A DNA stretch of 64,000 bases from the IMG/VR virus record IMGVR_UViG_3300024239_000355, positions 116,378 to 180,377 of that record; one strand, written 5' to 3'. Within the stretch, counting starts at the first letter, position 1. Each line of letters opens with the position of its first letter. The translations under genes were made by a program, and so were the position numbers. The notes beneath the pieces were generated by a model. It was not told where the DNA came from and did no database searches. It saw only the letters and a list, made by a program, of their open reading frames with translations. This document shows, piece by piece, positions 9,059 through 16,579 of this stretch. This DNA is from a virus.

Positions 9059-9514
9059 TCACTTCTTTGTATTGTCCACAACAACTGTTAGTTTTGGACG
9101 CGGTTGTTCTTCTTCGTAGCTCATAGCAACCGTTTGATCGATTACCATTTCGAAATTAACCCGGTAATTACCCAGGTGCCGCAAACGCAAGAGATCAACA
9201 TTATCACCAGTGAGCAGCATCACTTTCAGGCACATCCCCGTGATGAGAAAACGAAGCTGCTCAACTTGTTCTACCGACATTGAATCAGTGTCATCAATTA
9301 ATTCTTCAAGCGTCTGGATGATGAGTAACCGATACTGCATTGGGGGAACATCAGACCACTGTTGATATGGTTCCGCCATATCTGCGAAATAATTTCGCAA
9401 CGCATCATCCGGACGAACCCACGCATCCATCATCCGATCATAATCAGTTTCAGAGATAACAAGAAAAATGCGAGTATCTTTACCAAATGCGTCAATATTT
9501 ACTGCGGTTTCCAT
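9059..9514 (-). CDS. Hypothetical protein (151 aa)
   Basis: ORF in operon, ending PKLTVV. Confidence 0.7.
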   Translation of the reverse strand: METAVNIDAFGKDTRIFLVISETDYDRMMDAWVRPDDALRNYFADMAEPYQQWSDVPPMQYRLLIIQTLEELIDDTDSMSVEQVEQLRFLITGMCLKVMLLTGDNVDLLRLRHLGNYRVNFEMVIDQTVAMSYEEEQPRPKLTVVVDNTKK

Positions 9515-9516
9515 GG

Positions 9517-9855
9517 CTATCTCACATAGTCCACTTTACCCGCGAGTTCTTTTCGAAGCGAATTTAACTCTGCATTAATCCGCTTATTCTCAGCTATAAG
9601 TCGATTCACTGTTGTCGTCAGAGTAGATATTGCTCGCTCTGATCTCTTCGCAAGCAATTCTACATCATAGACAAATTGGGGTGATGGGAGTGTTACCTGA
9701 TCCTGCCCGACCTTCACAGTAATGTGCCGCCGCGTCCGTGTAGAGGTCATATTGACCCCTTGTACCCTGTCGATAATTTCGGGCACGTTTTGTTCCCGTT
9801 CTACTTCTTCCGGTTCGGCAGCGTTATACATTGCGCTCAAATCGATATCGGACAT
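9517..9855 (-). CDS. Hypothetical coiled-coil protein
   Basis: ORF in operon with C-terminal heptads. Confidence 0.7.
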   Translation of the reverse strand: MSDIDLSAMYNAAEPEEVEREQNVPEIIDRVQGVNMTSTRTRRHITVKVGQDQVTLPSPQFVYDVELLAKRSERAISTLTTTVNRLIAENKRINAELNSLRKELAGKVDYVR

Positions 9856-10044
9856 TCAAAACCTCTTAAGAACTGAACCAATTATTTGGGTCAGATAGGC
9901 AACACCCAAAACCACCCCAAACAACGGACCACATAAGAAAATAAAACCTTCAGAACTCTCAAGCAGCGACCCATTAGCGCGTCGCGCAAGTTTCACCGAA
10001 AAGAAACCAGCAATAAACCAAGCAATAATCCAGAATGCGGTCAT
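9856..10044 (-). CDS. Small membrane protein (two TM segments)
   Basis: Two hydrophobic stretches. AAGGTGG SD. Confidence 0.6.
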   Translation of the reverse strand: MTAFWIIAWFIAGFFSVKLARRANGSLLESSEGFIFLCGPLFGVVLGVAYLTQIIGSVLKRF

Positions 10045-10064
10045 TTAACACCACCTTACGGGAA

Positions 10065-10090
10065 TATGGCGGGGAGAAATCCCCGCCATA
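10065..10090. terminator. Intrinsic terminator-like hairpin
   Basis: TATGGCGGGGA-GAAA-TCCCCGCCATA (UUUC loop on the minus strand). Confidence 0.65.
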
Positions 10091-10094
10091 AATT

Positions 10095-10271
10095 TTAGAC
10101 AGAAGCAACCTTTAAACCACCAATCTCTGCTGCATATTCATCGGCATAAAACTTCTCTGCCTTCTCATGCATTTCCGCCAACTCCTTGCTGCACTTGGAG
10201 CAAACGTGCGCCTTTTCCTCATACACAGGAGCGCCACAACGGATACAATCACGCAAAACCTTCTTCGACAT
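10095..10271 (-). CDS. Small zinc-ribbon protein
   Basis: CIRC...CSKC, start ATG 10271. Confidence 0.6.
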   Translation of the reverse strand: MSKKVLRDCIRCGAPVYEEKAHVCSKCSKELAEMHEKAEKFYADEYAAEIGGLKVASV

Positions 10272-10272
10272 C

Positions 10273-11001
10273 TTACAAACCTGCTTGTCCAAAAATATGA
10301 CGAACTTCGTCTACATCCTCACGCCGAATGGAGAATTTCGGTCTCCATTTCGCCAGAGGGGCGAATTGCTCTGTTACGAGCTTAAGTTGTTCGGGTGACA
10401 TCCGAGACAGTAATTGCTCTTGCGCACTGTCCAAGGTGTAAAGCACCCAAGGTGATATTCTTCCAGTCTTCACGTAATGAACCGCCATACCCGGTGATAC
10501 CTTACTGAAGAACTCAGTCCAATGCGCACCTTCCTCTTCTGCCCATTGGCGCATAAATTCGATATTTCGAATCATTGCCGTGCGGGCTGGTTCATTTTCA
10601 ACGAAGCTTCGGATGTACAACTCGTAGGTCACATCCGTTGCCCAGTCATCCAACCGTATCCCATGCTTGATCACAAAGTCGATAAACTTTTTTGGCTCGA
10701 CAATATTGTTTCGGAGCATGTAGTTGGCAAATTTCACGAACGCATCAAAGTAGTTGCTGTACATAAACTCTTCATAGTCAACTTTCTTTGAGTAATGAGC
10801 AGAATGGAACTGCTCAAACACATGGTAAGCTAACTTGTTTTCGCGGTTATCCCGCCACAACCACCTCATGCGGTATTGACATGTGTGGTTCAGTAGCGCC
10901 TTTTCTCGGGAGAAATTCTTACCACAGAACTCACACTGATGCGGGCGATCAGCCGGTGGTACTGGCCATTGCCCAACACGTTTTTTCTTAGCTTTCGCCA
11001 T
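10273..11001 (-). CDS. Zinc-finger (C2HC/C2H2-like) protein
   Basis: CEFCGKNFSREKALLNHTC and GRISPW. Confidence 0.7.
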   Translation of the reverse strand: MAKAKKKRVGQWPVPPADRPHQCEFCGKNFSREKALLNHTCQYRMRWLWRDNRENKLAYHVFEQFHSAHYSKKVDYEEFMYSNYFDAFVKFANYMLRNNIVEPKKFIDFVIKHGIRLDDWATDVTYELYIRSFVENEPARTAMIRNIEFMRQWAEEEGAHWTEFFSKVSPGMAVHYVKTGRISPWVLYTLDSAQEQLLSRMSPEQLKLVTEQFAPLAKWRPKFSIRREDVDEVRHIFGQAGL

Positions 11002-11485
11002 GGCGCTTCTTCAATTCCGCTTTCAAAGCTTTCAAATCTTTGTCTGACCAAGCCAACGCTCGGGCAACCTCAATGAAGTCTTCATCGGTATTGATCTTCC
11101 GCATCACGTCCATTTCCGAATCATTGGCATCTGGGTACTTACTACGGATCAGCGAATCAACCAATGACGATGATTTTTCCTTCTTCGCCATCGGTATCCA
11201 TTGGTGGTACTGTTTTTCCCCAAATCCCACCATCGACATGAGCAGCCATTGCAACTCTGGATGCTTTGTCAGTGACCAGAAGTGGACATTCACTAACTCA
11301 TTGATGTAAGTTAGATAATGTTCTTGAATATCCCTCGACGCTTTTACCGATGACGCCCAGCGTATCACCGTGTATGGCGTAAAGGCTTTCTTTTCCTCAT
11401 CGGGCAATTGGGTATAAAATTGCCGGTTCCCGTAATCGAGATTTTCCATCACCCGCCCAATGTCGAGCTTGTAATCTTTGCCCAT
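10988..11485 (-). CDS. Clamp-loader small subunit (T4 gp62-like)
   Basis: KAFTPYTVIRWAS...INELVN...HPELQW...HQWI pattern of gp62-like proteins. Confidence 0.6.
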   Translation of the reverse strand: MGKDYKLDIGRVMENLDYGNRQFYTQLPDEEKKAFTPYTVIRWASSVKASRDIQEHYLTYINELVNVHFWSLTKHPELQWLLMSMVGFGEKQYHQWIPMAKKEKSSSLVDSLIRSKYPDANDSEMDVMRKINTDEDFIEVARALAWSDKDLKALKAELKKRHGES

Positions 11486-11600
11486 TACACCCTATCCACC
11501 ATTTGCTTGATAGCAGATTATCGAATCGACACTCAGGTAGAGTCAATTTATTCACCATAATGTTTTAACGCGATTTTAGCGAGTATTAGACCCATACTCA

Positions 11601-11679
11601 TAAATAACCTTGAAGATTGTACTTCAGCCCGGTCTAAGAGCCGGGTCTAAAAGATAGCCGTAATGGCACTGAAGCAAGG
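11601..11679 (+). promoter_or_regulatory. Late promoter followed by a three-way-junction 5' leader that sequesters the SD
   Basis: TAAATA 11601-11606. Stems CCTTG/CAAGG, CTTCAG/CTGAAG, CCCGG/CCGGG, GCC/GGC. Confidence 0.55.
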
Positions 11680-11688
11680 AATTATACA

Positions 11689-12051
11689 ATGGGTCGTCCA
11701 TTATCAAAGCGTTTCTTTTCAAATCCTACCAACACTGGTAAGCAAATCACGCTGACCAAGGCATTCATCCCTGGCGCCGCATCTTCCACCAACAATGCGT
11801 GGATTGTGGCTCAGAAGGGCGTGAACAAGTACATCGTTACCGATGGTACTCATACCGGTCTGGTTCGCCTGACCGATGGTAGCGCGGCTACCGCTGGCGA
11901 AGCATACATCGATGTCGCCGTCTTTGGCGGCGGTACCGAACATGCCAAGCAAATAAACGCGCACACTGTCAAGACCCATGCTGGGCATGTCTACCGCTGG
12001 TCCACCAGCGCGGCATCGAAGGCGGGGGAAGCTGACATTCCGCTCGTTTGA
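11689..12051 (+). CDS. Putative abundant structural (decoration-type) protein
   Basis: MGRPLSKRFF N-terminus, late promoter, biased codon use, own terminator. Confidence 0.65.
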   Translation: MGRPLSKRFFSNPTNTGKQITLTKAFIPGAASSTNNAWIVAQKGVNKYIVTDGTHTGLVRLTDGSAATAGEAYIDVAVFGGGTEHAKQINAHTVKTHAGHVYRWSTSAASKAGEADIPLV

Positions 12052-12076
12052 TCACAACTTCGGTTGGTTTCTCAGG

Positions 12077-12114
12077 ATGCCCCCGTGGAACATGTTCCAC
12101 GGGGCATTTCTTTT
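12077..12114 (+). terminator. Intrinsic terminator
   Basis: Near-perfect palindrome CCCCGTGGAACATGTTCCACGGGG plus T-tract. A C(UUCG)G hairpin lies just upstream at about 12055-12066. Confidence 0.7.
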
Positions 12115-12125
12115 GCCCGGTAGTA

Positions 12126-12154
12126 TTGACAATCGAAAGTTGGACACCTATACT
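12126..12154 (+). promoter_or_regulatory. Strong sigma70 (early) promoter
   Basis: TTGACA-17 bp-TATACT. Confidence 0.8.
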
Positions 12155-12178
12155 TCCAAACATCTTCGGGAGACACCC

Positions 12179-12496
12179 ATGACCGTAATTGGCGACACTC
12201 TCCACCTATACGACCAATATACCAACCGCGAAACCGAGAAATGGCGCTCAATGCCGGTCACTAAGATCACCACACAGAGCTTCATCTGCGGCACCGGTTA
12301 TGGTGAAATCAAAGTTCGTAAGTCGGACATGACCTATAGCACCGGTAATTACCGCTGCAAGGCGTTCACCGACGAAGGCAAGGCGGATTATCTCTGGGTG
12401 AGTGCGAATCAGCGTCGCATTCTCGAAATGGTCAGGACTGCTGACGCCCGTACCCTACGTGCAATCGAAGCGATGTTGACCAAGGGAGCCACCTAA
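12179..12496 (+). CDS. Hypothetical early protein
   Basis: GGAG SD and ATG 12179 after the sigma70 promoter. Confidence 0.7.
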   Translation: MTVIGDTLHLYDQYTNRETEKWRSMPVTKITTQSFICGTGYGEIKVRKSDMTYSTGNYRCKAFTDEGKADYLWVSANQRRILEMVRTADARTLRAIEAMLTKGAT

Positions 12497-13017
12497 TGAG
12501 CCGCAAGCTGACCCATTTCCATCAGTTCTGCACCGCTCGCTCGGAGCAGGAACATTTCCAACGATTTTTCGCGATGTGCGCGGTCGGTGAGGTCTGTACG
12601 TACTCCGAGGCATTTGACTTCAACACGGTCAAGCGCATGGCACGAGAACACGGCGTCCTTGTGCGCTACTGCGAACCCGGCACCGTCGAGTACAAGGAAT
12701 TCGGCTGCTTCAATTTCTTGGTCATCGGTAAGACCCTGACCACTGAAAACATCGCTGCCATCGACGTAGGCACCGTCGTCTGTCGCACCATCGACGTGGA
12801 ACCCGGTATGCTTCCGAAGCCGGATGCACACTGGTCGAAGCCCGTCGCCGTGGTGGAGGTGTTTGCTCGCGGCGTTGATCGCGCCGGAAAGCCGTTCGTC
12901 GCTTTCTATACCCAACATGGTGAGAACGCCCGAATGTCGGCGTCCGCAACGGTGGGTGAAGGTCACATCCGCATCGAAACGTGTAGGGACACCGAACGTC
13001 GCGCACCAACCCTATAG
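12496..13017 (+). CDS. Hypothetical early protein (173 aa)
   Basis: TAATG coupling and GGAG SD. Confidence 0.7.
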   Translation: MSRKLTHFHQFCTARSEQEHFQRFFAMCAVGEVCTYSEAFDFNTVKRMAREHGVLVRYCEPGTVEYKEFGCFNFLVIGKTLTTENIAAIDVGTVVCRTIDVEPGMLPKPDAHWSKPVAVVEVFARGVDRAGKPFVAFYTQHGENARMSASATVGEGHIRIETCRDTERRAPTL

Positions 13018-13428
13018 CGCCCCGCCCTTACCAGTTTTCGGATCGTACCAGACAGATCGGGCATCGTTTTTACCTTTGCGGCGGGCGGCTTTCCACACCT
13101 TGTCCCGACCGGTCTTCTCGTCCAAACCAGCTTCCACGGTTACTTCGACCTTCTCGATGTTCTCCTTAACAAAGCTGGTTTGGGAAAACAGCGTCGAGAG
13201 TCGCAGCCCGCGCTTACGCATTTCCGTTACCAAGTCGATCTTGGCATTGTGGATCATGTCTTGCAGCTTGCGGAAATCCCGGCGGAAGCGGAAGGCAGAC
13301 AATTCCCTCTCCATGCAATGAAGCTTTTTGGTCATATCAACCAACATGTCGTCATCTATGATCGACATGTTGGTTGTTTGTTTAATCAGCCCGGAAATAT
13401 CTTCAAAAAGTTCAAGTGCCCGCATCAT
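13012..13428 (-). CDS. Putative internal head protein
   Basis: MRALELFE N-terminus resembling a capsid-targeting sequence. TAAATA at 13445-13450 and GAGGT SD. Confidence 0.6.
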   Translation of the reverse strand: MMRALELFEDISGLIKQTTNMSIIDDDMLVDMTKKLHCMERELSAFRFRRDFRKLQDMIHNAKIDLVTEMRKRGLRLSTLFSQTSFVKENIEKVEVTVEAGLDEKTGRDKVWKAARRKGKNDARSVWYDPKTGKGGAL

Positions 13429-13447
13429 ACCACCTCACTGATGGTAT

Positions 13448-14206
13448 TTAGGCTGCCATACTGTCCAATGCGGCGACATACTTCATAACGTCAGCCTGAT
13501 ACAATCCAGCATGGCAAATACACCCCATTTCCACGATGCCAATCTCATCCCCGGCGACATAGGTATCCAGAACAAACGCACGAGCGGGACTCCAAATTGC
13601 AGCCATCCGTTCTGCAAAATTCACAACATCCGTGTCAGCACCCTCGGAATAATTGACGGTTCCGCTAAGTTTATATCGGCTACTCGTGACAACTTCACCA
13701 TCCACAATGTAGTGACGATGTTCCTGACCAATACGTTTCGGGGTAGCAATCAATACTTTCATAGCAGGAGAGAAAGAATTTGGAACGCCCGCAGTGGCAT
13801 CGTCCCTCATACGATCAATTTCATCACGAGACATAACCTTTCCGGTAAAGCTCTTATCGTCAAGCAAGGGGCGCACAAATGCTTTGTCTGATGTAATGTC
13901 AATCTCACCCAGGGTAGTGAAAATCGCATCTCGGTTTAGAAGCCATTCCGAAAAATAGGGCTTCCATACTTCATAAGAAAAATTCTCATTAAACAAACTG
14001 CCCGGTTTCCATCCACGGGTAATAGCGATATTTGACAGTGCAATAGAGCCATTAGTGATAATCGGTACATCAGCATCAACATCAGGGGAAATTTCCCCCG
14101 ATGCCGCTTTCACCAACGCATATGGAATTCCCATACGCTCTAAAGCTTGAACTAGATCATACCGGCGATTCTCAATGAACAAATCTTCTTGCACGACCCA
14201 AAACAT
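13448..14206 (-). CDS. ATP-grasp domain protein (R2K clade/DUF4343-like)
   Basis: FVRP..DKSFTG, EHR..IVDGEVVT.S.Y, FVLD...IVE...AGLY motifs. Confidence 0.75.
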   Translation of the reverse strand: MFWVVQEDLFIENRRYDLVQALERMGIPYALVKAASGEISPDVDADVPIITNGSIALSNIAITRGWKPGSLFNENFSYEVWKPYFSEWLLNRDAIFTTLGEIDITSDKAFVRPLLDDKSFTGKVMSRDEIDRMRDDATAGVPNSFSPAMKVLIATPKRIGQEHRHYIVDGEVVTSSRYKLSGTVNYSEGADTDVVNFAERMAAIWSPARAFVLDTYVAGDEIGIVEMGCICHAGLYQADVMKYVAALDSMAA

Positions 14207-14754
14207 TAGAACAGCTTTCTAATATCTAATTGGTCAGGAATTTTATTGGTATCCTTCAAGAAATAGGCAACCATTGGACCCTGATCAACCCACCGTTGTG
14301 TTTTCTCGTCACGACGTGGTGCATCCACACAATCCTCAAGCGGTACGGCAAGAATATGCCCATATTTTAGCTTGGGAACATGCCACTTTACGTCCGGATA
14401 ACAATTCACGATCTCAATGTCGTTGAATTGGGGGATGAAACTGGCGAATGGATTGAAGCAGTACGCCGAAAACACTCGGTCGTTCAAACTCATCAAGCTG
14501 ATAATCTCCACATCGCCTAGGTCTTTTTCGCCTATTACGATGCTCCAATCAAGTGGCATTTGAATGCGATACTTACCAATCTGGATGTCAACGGCAGGCG
14601 AAGAAAAAGTCTCAAGGAAGATCAGAGGAACCCACTGATAGTCCACGTCGTCGGGGTTGGAATAGTCCAACACGCAGTAGCGCACGTCATCAACTTCATC
14701 AGGGATATCGTTCATACTGAACGTTGTATTCTCAGCAGTCAGAATTCGCATCAT
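14206..14754 (-). CDS. Conserved hypothetical protein downstream of uvsW
   Basis: Beta-rich ORF coupled to the ATP-grasp gene. Confidence 0.7.
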   Translation of the reverse strand: MMRILTAENTTFSMNDIPDEVDDVRYCVLDYSNPDDVDYQWVPLIFLETFSSPAVDIQIGKYRIQMPLDWSIVIGEKDLGDVEIISLMSLNDRVFSAYCFNPFASFIPQFNDIEIVNCYPDVKWHVPKLKYGHILAVPLEDCVDAPRRDEKTQRWVDQGPMVAYFLKDTNKIPDQLDIRKLF

Positions 14755-14758
14755 TGAT

Positions 14759-16579
14759 TTAGTTACCTTTCAAAAGTATTTGGAATTTGATATGACCACA
14801 ATCCCAAATTCGCCCATATCCAGCTTCCCGCATGATTTCTTGTTCGGTTTTATTCAGGTCCGCCCCTGCTTCAACCAACTTATGTTTCATAAACCGCTGT
14901 CGTGAATACCGTTGCTTGTTCAGGAAATAATAATACCCAGGAGTGGTATTTGATACGCGGTCAAACCCGATAGCTTCATACAGATTTCCCCGGCTCCACC
15001 GACGATCAGCATACGATATCACCCCGGTTGGATCGTATATTTTGATAAAGTGCTTCAAGAGTTTGCTTGCCCCACCAATCACATGAGCGGCAGATGCATA
15101 CCGAACCAATTCAAACCAACCTTCCTGACCCTTTTCAAACCGAAGTCGCGAAAACGACATCATTGCTACCAAATTATTGGTTTCATCCCAAAGTCCCAAA
15201 TTCACACTTGTCTTAGCGGTACCTTGAATATGATAGGTAGTATAGAAATCAGCGGTGGTAATGGCATCCACTTCTCGAACAACAGTTTTTCTAGCCGGAA
15301 TAGCATGCGTACTTTTACGCAAAATATGTGCTAGACGACGCTGAACTATGTCACGTTTTTCAATCCATTCATCTTCAAAGATGGTAATAAGCTGTATACC
15401 TTTATTTTCACAATAGTTCAATTTATTCAAGTGGTATTGTTTGCCAAGTTTATTTTCACTGTGCCAATAAAGACCACAATATTCAATTGCAACATCGTGC
15501 GCTGGCATGAAGATATCAAGCTCATACGGTGCTATTACCCGACGATCATTCGAAACAACTTCAATCCCCAACCCTTTTACGAAATCTTCAATTTCGCGTT
15601 GCGGCTTGCTAATGTGTTTCGGATAGCAGTTCAGGCATCGTGGAATACGCCCATTATATGTCATATCCACAAATTCTGTTCCACAATGATTACACCGCCA
15701 TTCGTGCCACGCCCACGAACCTTGGTAGTCAGAAAGCAACGTCACAAATTGCTTAAGACGTTCCAACACTCTCGGTGCAGAAGCAAAAATCCGATTACAA
15801 GTAATTTTGGAACGTATTTCATTATTACGCGCCACATTTGACACTCCATATCGATCTATTATGGTATGGCGCGTTTTTGTTCGAATGCTATCTACTTGCT
15901 GTGGATTACCGTGCCCGTACTTAGACAGTATAGTAGCTTGGTGTTTTTGGCGAAATTCATCAACTTGCATAGGGTTTGTTACCCCATACCGTTCAATAAA
16001 ATTCTCCAAATACTCAGCTTTCACCCTATCGGATTGCATAGGGTTTGTTACCCCATACCGATTTACTAATGTCGCGGATGCCTTTTCAACAATTTCATCA
16101 ACTTGCATAGGGTTCGAAGCCCCATAACGCTCCATCATGGTTGATGTTATTTTACTTTTGACTGCATCATTTTGAAAAACGTTCGCACAACCAAACCGAT
16201 CTTGTACCGTTGACGTTCGCTTTTCCTTTATCTGAGTTTTTACCTCATCATTCTTCGCAACATAAGCCGCTTTTACTTTTGCAGCAACTCGTGACCGAAC
16301 ACATGTGCATACGGCGGCGGTCCCACAAAACCGATACCCTACCGAAAACGAAATAAACTTAACCGGGTTTCCAGAGGCGCATACGGGGGCATTTGTCATC
16401 TTATTAATGTATAAGTACAATGCCTCGCCATCAGTCATACCATCGCGACGTACTTCCTCCCACAAATCATGATTTTTTAAATATGGTATGATCTTCTTAG
16501 AATTTTTCAATTCCTCTACAACATGACAAACTTCGTCATACCATTTGTAAGTAATCAATTTTGTGGACGGTGTGTTCAT
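14759..16579 (-). CDS. Mobile endonuclease: YG-x-NP repeats, Vsr/DUF559-like PD-(D/E)xK nuclease and Mom-like GNAT domain
   Basis: Six 23-aa repeats, CNHC...CLNC, ELDIF...AIEYCGLYWH, ELVRYAS...GGASKLL...SYADRRWS.G.LY..IGF. More AT-rich than its neighbours. Confidence 0.72.
   Translation of the reverse strand: MNTPSTKLITYKWYDEVCHVVEELKNSKKIIPYLKNHDLWEEVRRDGMTDGEALYLYINKMTNAPVCASGNPVKFISFSVGYRFCGTAAVCTCVRSRVAAKVKAAYVAKNDEVKTQIKEKRTSTVQDRFGCANVFQNDAVKSKITSTMMERYGASNPMQVDEIVEKASATLVNRYGVTNPMQSDRVKAEYLENFIERYGVTNPMQVDEFRQKHQATILSKYGHGNPQQVDSIRTKTRHTIIDRYGVSNVARNNEIRSKITCNRIFASAPRVLERLKQFVTLLSDYQGSWAWHEWRCNHCGTEFVDMTYNGRIPRCLNCYPKHISKPQREIEDFVKGLGIEVVSNDRRVIAPYELDIFMPAHDVAIEYCGLYWHSENKLGKQYHLNKLNYCENKGIQLITIFEDEWIEKRDIVQRRLAHILRKSTHAIPARKTVVREVDAITTADFYTTYHIQGTAKTSVNLGLWDETNNLVAMMSFSRLRFEKGQEGWFELVRYASAAHVIGGASKLLKHFIKIYDPTGVISYADRRWSRGNLYEAIGFDRVSNTTPGYYYFLNKQRYSRQRFMKHKLVEAGADLNKTEQEIMREAGYGRIWDCGHIKFQILLKGN
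15810..16205 (-). repeat. Six tandem 69-bp (23-aa) coding repeats, RYGVxNPMQ
   Basis: TTGCATAGGGTTTGTTACCCCATACCG recurs at about 15965 and 16034. The protein repeat is visible in the translation. Confidence 0.8.

Noticed and set aside
15810-16205. 69-bp periodic repeats as a CRISPR-like array
   Set aside because: They are in-frame degenerate coding repeats, with no cas genes or leader.
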